Shown piece by piece: positions 27,154 through 36,780 of a DNA stretch of 61,929 nucleotides (positions within the stretch are counted from its first letter, which is position 1; each line of letters opens with the position of its first letter). Source of the stretch: Clostridiaceae bacterium. GTDB lineage: Bacteria > Bacillota > Clostridia > Saccharofermentanales > DTU023. The notes beneath the pieces are model-generated. The model was given only the letters and a program-made list of their open reading frames with translations. It did not search any database and was not told the origin of the DNA. Made by a program: the position numbers and the translations under genes. Where the stretch lies: NCBI GenBank assembly GCA_012798865.1, contig JAAZMK010000005.1, positions 1 through 61,929 on the forward strand, read 5' to 3'.

Positions 27154-29259
27154 TTAGCCGAACAGTGAGAATGCGAGGAAAATAGAAGCCATTAAGGACG
27201 CGAGTAACGAAACCACGGTAATTTGCGTATTGATGGAAGGTCCCGCCGTATCCTTGAACGGATCGCCGACAGTATCGCCGACGACGGCAGCTTTATGAGC
27301 TTCGGAACCTTTTCCTCCGCAGTTGCCAGCCTCTACGTATTTTTTAGCATTATCCCAGAGTCCGCCTGCATTTGACATGAAAAGCGAGAGCAAGAGACCA
27401 CTGACAATATTGCCGGTAAGGAAACCGCCAATGGCTGAAACACCTCCGACAAAACCGACGATCAGCGTTGCCACGATCGCAAATAGACCGGCGGGAATGA
27501 GTTCCTTCAACGCGCCATCGGTCGCAATGGCGATGCATTTACCATATTCAGGAGCAACGCCTTCCTTACCTTCTTTGAGCCCTTCGATTTCATCAAACTG
27601 GCGATGGATTTCTCCGACCATACGCACGGCGTTCCTGTCCACTCCGCGCATCAACATGGCAGAAAAGACTGCCGGAACAGCTGCGCCGACAATCAAGCCG
27701 AAGAAGACCAAGGGATCGATGATGTCAAAACCCTTCAAGAGAGTTTCTCCCGCCTTGATGATACCCTGCTCAATGGCAGCCCCATTGACCTCGGTCATGT
27801 AGGCGCCCAACATCGAGATGACCGTCAAACCTGCTGCGCCGATGGCAAAGCCTTTCGTGATCGCTTTGACCGTGTTGCCAGCGCTATCCAACTCATCCGT
27901 AATTTCCAATGCATCCTCTCCCAAGTCCGCCATCTCGACCAAACCGCGCGCATTGTCGACGATGGGACCGTAGGCGTCATTCGAGACGATCATGCCCACG
28001 ATGGACAACATGCCAACTGCGGACATCGCGATGCCGTACATGGCATAGCCGCTACCCAACGGATCACATAACAAGTAAGCCACCAAAGAAGCGACGGCAA
28101 TCCCCACCATGGCAGGAAGCACGCTGAGGAATGAATAGGAGATACCGGAAAGAATGGTAAAAGCCGGACCGGATTTCGACATATTGGCAACGGCACGAAC
28201 GGGTGGACGCTCATCATTAGTGAAATAATCGGTCGTCAGCCCAATGATCAGTCCGACAGCGAGTCCGACAGCCGCGGCTCCCCATACTCTCCAGGAGAAA
28301 TTAAGTAAAGCAGTCAGTCCCGCAGTCAAGGCTAGATAGACAGCCGTTGTCACATACGTGCTGAAATTCAAGACGCGTGTGGGATTCGCGCCTTCTTTCA
28401 AACGAGCCGTGCCGACGCCGATGATGGATGCCAACAATCCTACGGCAGCGTAGCAAAAAACCGCCATGACATTGAGATTTCCGCCGACCTGTTGGTCAAG
28501 CGATATCCCCATAACCAAAGCGGCAGCCATAGCGGCAACGTTGGAGTCAAACAAGTCGGCTCCCATGCCCGCGACATCACCGACGTTATCGCCGACATTA
28601 TCGGCAATAACGGCAGGATTGCGCGGATCGTCTTCCGGCAAGCCGAGCGTCACTTTGCCGACGAGGTCGGCACTGATATCCGCCGTCTTCGTAAAAATAC
28701 CGCCGCCCGCCTTGGCAAACAGCGCCATGGTGCTGGCGCCGAAGCTGAAACCCAACATGGTTAACGCATCGCCTGTCAGAGCATAAATAGCACAGACTCC
28801 CAAGAGGCTGGAACCGACGACAGCCATGCCCATCACCGCTCCTCCACGGAAACCGCTGAGGAAAGACAGGCTCCTTCCATGCTTGGCGGCGGTCTCTGCA
28901 GCGCGCACATTGGCTCGCGTAGCGACGGCGATACCGATTTTCCCCGCTAGTCCGGAGAAAATGGTGCCGGTGATATATGCCACAACCATCCAGATGTTGT
29001 CTAGGACGCCTCCTTGCCAAATCGGCTTAGGCAGGAAAAACAAAATCAAGCAAGCGACTACTAGGCAAAAATACGCCAAATAGCGATACTCGCGCTTAAG
29101 AAAAGTGTTAGATCCGTCACGAATCAACTCGGATAACTCTAGCGCTCGCTTGTTCTCAACCTTGACACCTGTCAGCCAGCGGTAAAGCAACCAAGCGACG
29201 ATGAACGCCAATATGCTGACCGCAAATGAAACGACAAGAACAATATTCAATTGATCCAT
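27154..29259 (-). CDS. hppA: Membrane-bound proton-translocating pyrophosphatase, K+-independent signature
   Basis: 701 aa, polytopic. Motifs GDNVGDVAGMGADLF and GDTVGDPFKDT. GNTVKAITKG carries the Lys/Thr pair reported for K+-independent enzymes. Confidence 0.93.
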   Translation of the reverse strand: MDQLNIVLVVSFAVSILAFIVAWLLYRWLTGVKVENKRALELSELIRDGSNTFLKREYRYLAYFCLVVACLILFFLPKPIWQGGVLDNIWMVVAYITGTIFSGLAGKIGIAVATRANVRAAETAAKHGRSLSFLSGFRGGAVMGMAVVGSSLLGVCAIYALTGDALTMLGFSFGASTMALFAKAGGGIFTKTADISADLVGKVTLGLPEDDPRNPAVIADNVGDNVGDVAGMGADLFDSNVAAMAAALVMGISLDQQVGGNLNVMAVFCYAAVGLLASIIGVGTARLKEGANPTRVLNFSTYVTTAVYLALTAGLTALLNFSWRVWGAAAVGLAVGLIIGLTTDYFTNDERPPVRAVANMSKSGPAFTILSGISYSFLSVLPAMVGIAVASLVAYLLCDPLGSGYAMYGIAMSAVGMLSIVGMIVSNDAYGPIVDNARGLVEMADLGEDALEITDELDSAGNTVKAITKGFAIGAAGLTVISMLGAYMTEVNGAAIEQGIIKAGETLLKGFDIIDPLVFFGLIVGAAVPAVFSAMLMRGVDRNAVRMVGEIHRQFDEIEGLKEGKEGVAPEYGKCIAIATDGALKELIPAGLFAIVATLIVGFVGGVSAIGGFLTGNIVSGLLLSLFMSNAGGLWDNAKKYVEAGNCGGKGSEAHKAAVVGDTVGDPFKDTAGPSINTQITVVSLLASLMASIFLAFSLFG

Positions 29260-29337
29260 AAAAAACCTTCCTTTCAGGTTTTAACAATACCAAGCCAACG
29301 CTTCATCGCATTTTTTGGATAAGCGATACGAACGAAA

Positions 29338-29365
29338 CCCTCCCGGAAGACTCGTCCCGAGAGGG
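29338..29365 (-). terminator. Strong hairpin downstream of the SBP gene and inside the hppA upstream region
   Basis: On the minus strand, CCCTCTCGGGA cgagtc TTCCGGGAGGG (11 bp including 2 G-U pairs) is followed by TTTCGTTCG. Confidence 0.4.
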
Positions 29366-29451
29366 ATTGTTCTCTTGCTAGAGAATAGTATATCAGAAGA
29401 CGGCACGAGCAGAAAAAAGATATCAGATTAAAAGGATGCGGAAGACGGACA

Positions 29452-31242
29452 TTATTTGCTCTGCGGGCGCTCGCGCGTGAGAATAGGATACGCAAAGAGT
29501 GTGTCGAGGGGCGCGTCGGTATGGACGACCCTGCTCTCTAGCGCGACCTCCTTATAGCCCGCTCCCAAAGGAATGAACAGCCATTCCCGGAGCAGCCATT
29601 CCGCAAGCGCTTGGTAGCGTGCGACGATATAGGAGCGAGAATGACCGGCAGGAAAAGACTCGAGCACGTCTCGCGCACGGATGACGTCGAACTCTTTTCC
29701 CGTGACGAGTCCGCCGCCTTGCTTGCTCGGTATCGCAGCGATCCTTCCGATTGTCTCAACGAATGTCTCATTAACGGACGATTCCATGTAGGCGAGTTCA
29801 TAGTCCCCGCTCGTCAATGCGTCGCGCCACTCATCCGGATCAAGAGGTTGCACGTTAATCGCCAGGCCCTGCTCTTCCGCCATTTTTGCGTACTGAAAAC
29901 AGGCTGAACCGATGCGACCTGAACACTCGGGATAGATCAGAGTCAAGGGTTTCATGGGCACGCCGTCCAAATAAATCATATCGCCTGACTGGCGTGTCAT
30001 CCCCGCTTCTTCAATCAACGTATCAAAGACTTGATCGGACACTTCACCGAAAACCGATTCCAACGCATTCTTGTCCAGCCTCTCCATAACGGATGGTATG
30101 GAAAGAGCGTCTCTCCTCGCGATATCGATCGGGTATCCCGACCATAATGCGCCTGTTTTTTCGGGATCCGCGATGGCGACGAGCAGATGACGGAAGGGTC
30201 GTCGCCCGAGTTCCTCTCGGCTGCCGTAATTGATCGCCAGTCCGCCCAGCACCTGCCCCGAATAAATAGTGTGAAGATCCGGATTGAGTCGTTCCTCCGG
30301 CACTCGATATTCCTCGCTAGCCTTTCCCTCGCCCGGATCATTCTCGGCGATCAACAAATCAATCTCGGAATTTTCTATGGCATAGAATGCAAAAGCGGTT
30401 TGTGCGTACTTCAAGATCGTCAGGTATAAAGGCTTGGAGTCGTCTTCAACGGAATGCCTGATGAACGAAATCGATGAGGCGTCTTCTTGGTAAAATTTCC
30501 AAGGTCCTGTACCGACGACGCGCGTCAATCGGTCGAGCAACGAATCCACGTCAGAAGCATTAGAAACGGCATCTTCCCAAATATGCCGCGCTGCAATCAA
30601 CATATGTGATAGCGTATCAAGGATGTGCCAACCGGCGTTCTTTTCATTTCCTTGGAGCGAAATGTCAAGCGTGTAATCGTCCTCTGCTCTCACATCAATC
30701 ACATAACGGGAAAACACTTTTCCCTTATCCGTATTGAATTTCCGGTGGGCATCCATCGTGAATATAACGTCTTGAGCCATGAGAGAATAACCATCGTGCC
30801 ATAAAACATCTTCACAGAGAGTGATTTTAAGGCTTTGGTCGCTCAATTCAAATGATTCCGCCAGAACGGGTCGATACACGAATTGAGTCGGTTCAAAGAC
30901 AAACAGCGTTTGATAAACGGGCTGATAGAAACCGGACGGATCAACGGGAAACAACCGCGTACCCGATGCAAACGGATTCAAGTTTAAACGATCAGGGGCA
31001 TTGACCCCGACCATCAAGCGATCGTTTCGATCGCCGGGCAAGCCTCTCATATGGAAGGAATCGTTAGGCAGCAAGGGATCCGTAGCGGACGGAACCGTCA
31101 CCGTTGTCGGATTCACAAGTTCCGACTCCGAAGGAACAGGAAGCATTTGAGGTGAGCAGGCAAATAGCAGTGCGACCAGCAACACGCATGCCGCCGCAAT
31201 CGATAGACGCCGAGATTTTTTGTATCGCTGACAACCTCTCAT
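29452..31242 (-). CDS. Family-5 (peptide/nickel/opine type) ABC substrate-binding lipoprotein, with no cognate permease genes nearby
   Basis: 596 aa. Signal peptide with LLFAC lipobox. Overall SBP_bac_5-like size and composition. Confidence 0.75.
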   Translation of the reverse strand: MRGCQRYKKSRRLSIAAACVLLVALLFACSPQMLPVPSESELVNPTTVTVPSATDPLLPNDSFHMRGLPGDRNDRLMVGVNAPDRLNLNPFASGTRLFPVDPSGFYQPVYQTLFVFEPTQFVYRPVLAESFELSDQSLKITLCEDVLWHDGYSLMAQDVIFTMDAHRKFNTDKGKVFSRYVIDVRAEDDYTLDISLQGNEKNAGWHILDTLSHMLIAARHIWEDAVSNASDVDSLLDRLTRVVGTGPWKFYQEDASSISFIRHSVEDDSKPLYLTILKYAQTAFAFYAIENSEIDLLIAENDPGEGKASEEYRVPEERLNPDLHTIYSGQVLGGLAINYGSREELGRRPFRHLLVAIADPEKTGALWSGYPIDIARRDALSIPSVMERLDKNALESVFGEVSDQVFDTLIEEAGMTRQSGDMIYLDGVPMKPLTLIYPECSGRIGSACFQYAKMAEEQGLAINVQPLDPDEWRDALTSGDYELAYMESSVNETFVETIGRIAAIPSKQGGGLVTGKEFDVIRARDVLESFPAGHSRSYIVARYQALAEWLLREWLFIPLGAGYKEVALESRVVHTDAPLDTLFAYPILTRERPQSK

Positions 31243-31302
31243 GAAAACCTCCGACAGTTGGACAATTCACTGAAATTATTTTAACATGAGCCGGTGGGTA
31301 AC

Positions 31303-32007
31303 ATGAAACGACAAGCAATACGAAAAGATCGCCCTTGGTTGCGAGCGCTTATCCGCGTGATTGCCGTCATATTGGGGGTTTTTCTTGCGGTATCGGGTTC
31401 CATTCTCTTCATTTATGTCTATATCTCAATCAAGGGGAATGTTCGCACGTTCAAACTTCATGATCTGCCTCAGGGTGTCGACTGTATCATCGTCCTGGGA
31501 GCCCAAATCATAGGCAACCGCACTCCTTCACCTATGCTGCAAGATCGCCTCGACGGTGCCGTCGAGCTGTACCGGGCAGGTATATCGGATCGTATCATCG
31601 TATCCGGCGATCACCGCGAGGACAATTACAACGAACCCCTCGTCATGTATAGATATCTCCTCTCAAAAGATATCCCGGATGAAGCGATTTTCATGGATCA
31701 CTTCGGGCTCGATACATACGATTCTATCTACCGCGCCATTCACGTTTTTCAAGTAAAGTCGGCTGTCATCGCAACACAGCGATTCCACTTGCAGCGAGCG
31801 CTGTACATCGGAGGCAAACTCGGGTTGAACTGTGTCGGGTATGCAACAAATCCGCGCTCTTACTTGTCTGCTCCATACTTCATTGCTCGTGAGGTGGGTG
31901 CCCGCTTGAAAGCTGTATACGAAACAAATACCGACGCGCCTCCGGGAAGAATGAGTCCGCCTTACCCGATTTCCGGCGACGGTCGAGGCACGCGAAAGTC
32001 GTTCTGA
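31303..32007 (+). CDS. sanA: SanA/YdcF (DUF218) family protein
   Basis: N-terminal TM, then DCIIVLGAQI...PSPMLQDRLDGAVELYRAG...IIVSGDH...YNEP.VM, typical of SanA. Confidence 0.8.
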   Translation: MKRQAIRKDRPWLRALIRVIAVILGVFLAVSGSILFIYVYISIKGNVRTFKLHDLPQGVDCIIVLGAQIIGNRTPSPMLQDRLDGAVELYRAGISDRIIVSGDHREDNYNEPLVMYRYLLSKDIPDEAIFMDHFGLDTYDSIYRAIHVFQVKSAVIATQRFHLQRALYIGGKLGLNCVGYATNPRSYLSAPYFIAREVGARLKAVYETNTDAPPGRMSPPYPISGDGRGTRKSF

Positions 32008-32118
32008 GTTTTTACTGCCACGCTAATCAGTTTCAGATGTCGAGTACTTGTCAATCACACGACAAACCGTTCGGGTATTTATTTTGAGAAGAAGTGTTCG
32101 TATCGAATAATTTTACCG

Positions 32119-33198
32119 TTAATTTAGAGCGGATGCGGCGCTTCGCTCCTTTGCGACGCGTACAGCGCGAACATTTGTGGCGAGAACGTTCACGGCAGTG
32201 AATAGTTCGACGCCGGCACTGACAGCCGTTTGGGTCTCCGCTAAAACTGACTGAGTGCTCGAACCATAAACGATCGCCAAATCGAGATCAAGGATCACAC
32301 CGTACGGCTCTTTATGCACCTTCTGATCGACAACATCTTCCACGCCGTCGACTCTCAATGCGAGAACACTGACGAGATCTTTCATCGCCTGATCGGACAT
32401 CGCGTAACTGCCAAGCGTTGAAAAAGTCGGTCGCACGACCGTGCGGTCATAGTCCGCAGGGTTTTGCGCACCCAACGGGTTAAATACGCTGGCGAGGTCG
32501 ATTTTTTGCCATAGTCTGGCAAGCGGCTCCGTCAGGCTGCCGGAAAACTCGTGTTTAATCTCCATACTTGGAACGGGAATCGTGTGTTTTCCTTCCGACA
32601 AGCGCGTTTGTTTTGCCTGATTTCGTTCACTTTCTGTCGAAACATCTTCGATTCTGATCTTGATCGACGGCTGGTTGAGCCAGAGATTTTCGCAAATACG
32701 GGACAGCATCGCATCCGACGTACCGAGTACCATCAATGCGCTGGGAAGTCGCTCAACTAAAGTGCGCCTCATACTCTCTGCACGCGCGGGATCGAGGAAC
32801 AGCGCCTGCCTCACCGATTCCATTTTCGACTCCGCTCGTTTGGCGGAAGAACCGGCGATGATGGCGCCGCCGTGAATCAGGAGACCGTCATCGATGATAT
32901 AGTCGATCTTGTACTCGCGCGCAACACTGATGGCACGCGTCGACTTACCCGTCCCGCTCGATCCGACAAATGAGATAACGGCAATGTTCCCGAGCGTTTC
33001 ACGTATTTCGTTCTGTGTCTGTTCTTCATACGCGATATTGCGCTCGTTCATCTGCGTGATAACGGCATCAGCCAATCTTCCGAACGGATTGAAAATCGGC
33101 TCAGGCACATGCGACTCGCGCTCTCGCCTGAGCTCAGTCGTGCGCTCTTTTTCGGATTTGCGCAAATCACGTCGTCGTTTGAGCCAACCGTAGATCAT
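32119..33198 (-). CDS. P-loop NTPase fused to an Asp23/Gls24-like C-terminal domain; function unknown
   Basis: Walker A GSSGTGKST at about residue 80. The C-terminal 110 aa have the Asp23 pattern (VDGVEDV...V.LDLDLAIVYG..TQSVLAETQTAV...VNVLATNVRAVRV). Confidence 0.6.
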   Translation of the reverse strand: MIYGWLKRRRDLRKSEKERTTELRRERESHVPEPIFNPFGRLADAVITQMNERNIAYEEQTQNEIRETLGNIAVISFVGSSGTGKSTRAISVAREYKIDYIIDDGLLIHGGAIIAGSSAKRAESKMESVRQALFLDPARAESMRRTLVERLPSALMVLGTSDAMLSRICENLWLNQPSIKIRIEDVSTESERNQAKQTRLSEGKHTIPVPSMEIKHEFSGSLTEPLARLWQKIDLASVFNPLGAQNPADYDRTVVRPTFSTLGSYAMSDQAMKDLVSVLALRVDGVEDVVDQKVHKEPYGVILDLDLAIVYGSSTQSVLAETQTAVSAGVELFTAVNVLATNVRAVRVAKERSAASALN

Positions 33199-33200
33199 CG

Positions 33201-33938
33201 CTATGCGTCATCCTCCCGCGCCCAATTATGATAGACATCCTGCACATCGTCGTTATCTTCCAAGAGATCGATAAGTTTTGCCATATTCGATATCATTTCC
33301 TCATCTTCAAGCTCAACCCATGTAAGAGGAATAGGACCGAGCTCTTGTGCAGCGAATTCATACGTTGAGGCAAGCGCGTCGCGCACCGCTGCAAATTCAG
33401 TCGGAGGCGTCGTGATCTCGATGATGTCTTCCTGTTCAAGATCGACATCTTCAGCGCCCGCTTCAAGTGCGTCCATGAATACTTGCTCGTCATCGAGTGC
33501 ATCATGGCGCTCGATGACGAGCGTTCCCTTGCGCTCGAACTGAAAAGCGACACATCCGTCGGATCCGAGATTCCCGCCGAATTTGTCAAAGATATGCCTC
33601 ACTTCACCGGCCGTTCTGTTACGATTGTCCGTCAGTGCGCGCACCATCACCGCCACGCCGCCGGGACCGTACCCTTCGTATTGGATCTCCTCCATGACAT
33701 CGGAAGAACTATCACCTGCCGCACGGCTGATGGAGCGTTGAATATTGTCGTTCGGCATATTGTATGACTTCGCTTTTGCGACGACATCACGGAGAACGGT
33801 GTTTTTCTCCGGATCAGGACCGCCCATGCGCACGGCAACCTGTATTTCACGCCCGATCTTTGAAAAAATCTTGGCGCGCTTTTCGTCGACAGCGCCCTTG
33901 CGCCGCTTGATGTTGCTCCACTTTGAATGACCAGCCAT
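33201..33938 (-). CDS. yebC: YebC/PmpR-family transcriptional/translational regulator
   Basis: MAGHSKWSNIKRRKGAVDEKRAKIFSK... is a hallmark N-terminus. Confidence 0.95.
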   Translation of the reverse strand: MAGHSKWSNIKRRKGAVDEKRAKIFSKIGREIQVAVRMGGPDPEKNTVLRDVVAKAKSYNMPNDNIQRSISRAAGDSSSDVMEEIQYEGYGPGGVAVMVRALTDNRNRTAGEVRHIFDKFGGNLGSDGCVAFQFERKGTLVIERHDALDDEQVFMDALEAGAEDVDLEQEDIIEITTPPTEFAAVRDALASTYEFAAQELGPIPLTWVELEDEEMISNMAKLIDLLEDNDDVQDVYHNWAREDDA

Positions 33939-34117
33939 AAATCCTCCGATCGATCTTAGTTACGGTCTAAACACGATGACGACGCGACAAACCGTCAGTC
34001 TTCGTTCATCCATTATACACGCTTGTAAAAAGACAGTTCTGTGTCAATCGTCGGGATGTTGGAGTCGGTAAACCGACGATCGCGAACATCGATTCAAACC
34101 GACCGCATTCAGACAAA

Positions 34118-34780
34118 TCAAGGAGCGGAATCAATGAAGAGCGTCGATTCAAGCCACTGCTCACCTGCGTGCTCCCACACTGCTTCACCGGAAGAATAAT
34201 TCATAATCATCTCATGAAGCGAATCGACGCGGTCATCGGTTGCGCCGACGATCCAGCGAACGGAAGCTCCGAATTCAGGCGTCCTCTGAAAATACCCGCC
34301 CGCCTCAATGCGACCTGAAAGCTGGTGGTAAACAGAATAATCCGTCACGACGGAGAATGTCTGGCAGCGGATGTATTCGATCGGTTGCGCTTCGAATAGA
34401 GCGCCCCGCGCACCATATGAATAGGCGCGCGTCAGACCTCCCGTTCCCAACTTGACGCCGCCGAAGTAGCGCACGACGACAATGGCTACGCGGTCGATTT
34501 CTTCTCTCAGAATCACCTCAAGAACTTGTCTGCCCGCGGTACCTTGAGGTTCTCCGTCATCGGAGAACCGTTGCAATTGTACAGGGCGGTCAATTCGCCA
34601 TGCATAGACGTAGTGAGTCGCCTCAGGATATTGAACGCGCGTGTCTTCCAAAAAAGCGGTCGCATCTTCGGCAGATTCAATCGGTCGGCAAATGCCGATA
34701 AAACGCGAGCCGCGTTCAAAAAATTCAAAGCAGCCTTCGCGCCGGACTGTCGTAAATCGATCAGACATTGCCCTCGGCAA
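34118..34780 (-). CDS. yigZ: YigZ/IMPACT-family protein
   Basis: ATHYVYAWRI...FSDDGEPQGTAGRQVL...VVVRYFGGVKLGTGGLTRAY. Confidence 0.85.
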   Translation of the reverse strand: MPRAMSDRFTTVRREGCFEFFERGSRFIGICRPIESAEDATAFLEDTRVQYPEATHYVYAWRIDRPVQLQRFSDDGEPQGTAGRQVLEVILREEIDRVAIVVVRYFGGVKLGTGGLTRAYSYGARGALFEAQPIEYIRCQTFSVVTDYSVYHQLSGRIEAGGYFQRTPEFGASVRWIVGATDDRVDSLHEMIMNYSSGEAVWEHAGEQWLESTLFIDSAP

Positions 34781-36056
34781 GCGGGCGAATAATCTCTATA
34801 CCGTGCATCCACGGTCTCAAGACTTCCGGAACAACGATCGACCCGTCGGATTGCTGACACTGTTCAACGAGCGCCGGAATGATACGCGATGTCGCGAGCC
34901 CCGAACCGTTCAATGTGTGACAGAAGTCGACCTTGCCCGTGTCCGCTCTCCTGTATCGGATATTGCCTCTTCTAGCCTGGTAATCGCCTGCAGTGGAGAC
35001 GGAACTGACTTCCTTGTAGATTTGCATGCTGGGAATCCAGATTTCGATGTCATATGTCTTGCGCATTCCCGCGGAGCAGTCACCTGCCGCCAGACGGCTG
35101 ATGCGATGAACGAGTCCCAAGCCTTCGACGAGCCTAGCGGCTTTTCGCACCAATTCCTCGAACGCTTCTTCGGAATCTTCGGGGCGCGTATACTGGAACA
35201 TCTCCACTTTATTGAACTGATGACCGCGAATCATCCCGCGCTCTTCCGCGCGATACGAACCCGCTTCTTTACGGTAGCAGGGCGTGTAAGCGAAATACTT
35301 TTTCGGCAATTCATCTTCCGACAGTATTTCGTCGGCATGGATGTTCGTCAGAGCCGTTTCCGCCGTCGGAAGCAAGAATTGAAATTCATCGCCTCCGCCT
35401 CTGAGCTGAAAAACATCATCCTCAAACTTCGGGAATTGTCCACCGACGTAGCCGCAGGAATAATTCAGAATATGCGGAGGCAACATCATCTCGTACCCGT
35501 CGTTCAGGTGATCGTACACGAAATAGTTGAGAAGCGCCCACTCAAGTACAGCGCCGGCTCCGCGATAAATCCAATAACCGCTTCCTGAAAGCTTGACGCC
35601 TCTCTCGTAGTCGATCATACCGGTTGATTCGACAAGGTCAACATGATTTTTCACCGCGGCATCTACAGGCATGGGCTCGCCCCATACGGAGACGATTTCA
35701 TTGTTTTCTTTGCCGCCCGCAGGAATATCGTCAGCAGGAATATTGGGAATGCCTCTCAGAAATTCCTGTTGCTCCTCAGTCATCTTGTTGACCATGATAT
35801 CGTTTTCCTTGATCCGGTCACTGAGTTGGCGGAGACTTTCCGTCCATTGTGAGATATCGCCGCCTTCTTTTTTGATCATCGGAATCTCGGCGGACTTCCT
35901 GTTGCGCTCGGCTTTCAGCTCTTCATTCTCATGCATCATGGCACGCCGCTTCGCATCGGCCTCAAGAAATTCCGTAAAGTCAATATCAAAACCGCGCCGC
36001 GCCAGCTTTTCGCTCACTTCCTGCGGGTTGTTCCTGATATAAACAATATCCAGCAT
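34761..36056 (-). CDS. serS: Seryl-tRNA synthetase
   Basis: 431 aa. N-terminal coiled-coil arm and class II motifs (TPCYRKEAGS, RGMIRGHQFNKVE, GSGLATSRIIPALVE). Confidence 0.95.
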   Translation of the reverse strand: MLDIVYIRNNPQEVSEKLARRGFDIDFTEFLEADAKRRAMMHENEELKAERNRKSAEIPMIKKEGGDISQWTESLRQLSDRIKENDIMVNKMTEEQQEFLRGIPNIPADDIPAGGKENNEIVSVWGEPMPVDAAVKNHVDLVESTGMIDYERGVKLSGSGYWIYRGAGAVLEWALLNYFVYDHLNDGYEMMLPPHILNYSCGYVGGQFPKFEDDVFQLRGGGDEFQFLLPTAETALTNIHADEILSEDELPKKYFAYTPCYRKEAGSYRAEERGMIRGHQFNKVEMFQYTRPEDSEEAFEELVRKAARLVEGLGLVHRISRLAAGDCSAGMRKTYDIEIWIPSMQIYKEVSSVSTAGDYQARRGNIRYRRADTGKVDFCHTLNGSGLATSRIIPALVEQCQQSDGSIVVPEVLRPWMHGIEIIRPLAEGNV

Positions 36057-36128
36057 TTATCTATCCTCCTCTCAGGACATCAACATAATCCACACAATAG
36101 GCGGCATCTATTCTAACACGAGCTGCGA

Positions 36129-36752
36129 TCAATCATCGTTGTTTCCGTGCAACGCTTCCTCGACGAAATGATCCATCAGACCTTTGTCAATCGATGCCGG
36201 TATTACACCGACAAAAAAACCTTCACGATCGATCAAGTACGTCGTCGGCAGACCAGTAATCGCATACTGCCCAAAAATCTTTCCGCCCACATCAAACAAC
36301 ACGGGGAATGTCAGGTTTTCCTCATTTAAGAATAATTTCATTTCCTCGACGGTCATTTCTCTTATCTCATCGGACATCGCACCTTCTGCCACCGCCTCGG
36401 ACGGGTAGACAACACCGAGAACGGCGACTTCACCCTGATTTTGCGCACGATCCCTGTAAAGCCGCTCGACATCCTGTAACTCCAATGAACTAGACTCGTA
36501 CCACGTCGCCCAAAATGTCAAATACACAATCTTGCCGCGGTAATCCGACAGTCTATGTACGTTCCCAAACTGGTCCACCAATTCAAACTCCGGCGCCAAG
36601 GAGTGACCGCGCGCATTTGTTCGCAAAGGTTCCGTCGCCTCAGGATTGTTTTCATCGCTCTGACAAGCCGAGCATATGGATAGGAGAGAAATAAGAAGTG
36701 CCGTCACGCACATCACCGTCAACATCGTCCGCTTCTTTTTAATAATGCTCAT
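36129..36752 (-). CDS. TlpA/ResA-like thioredoxin-fold secreted protein with a degenerate active site (WYESS instead of WCxxC)
   Basis: Signal peptide, then KIVYLTFWATWYESSSLEL, which aligns with the FW.TWC..C motif of TlpA/ResA. GAGG lies 5 nt upstream of ATG 36752. Confidence 0.7.
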   Translation of the reverse strand: MSIIKKKRTMLTVMCVTALLISLLSICSACQSDENNPEATEPLRTNARGHSLAPEFELVDQFGNVHRLSDYRGKIVYLTFWATWYESSSLELQDVERLYRDRAQNQGEVAVLGVVYPSEAVAEGAMSDEIREMTVEEMKLFLNEENLTFPVLFDVGGKIFGQYAITGLPTTYLIDREGFFVGVIPASIDKGLMDHFVEEALHGNNDD

Positions 36753-36780
36753 TAACGCCTCATTTTCTACCCAAGATTGA

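Noticed and set aside
34641-35588. 315-aa ORF on the + strand, opposite serS and yigZ
   Set aside because: It is antisense to two clearly homologous genes, has low-complexity R/S/A-rich translation and no start context. It is a shadow ORF.
36057-36128. T-box leader upstream of serS
   Set aside because: Only about 70 nt separate serS from the upstream gene's stop. That is too short for a T-box, and no specifier or T-box sequence is visible. serS appears co-transcribed with the upstream genes.
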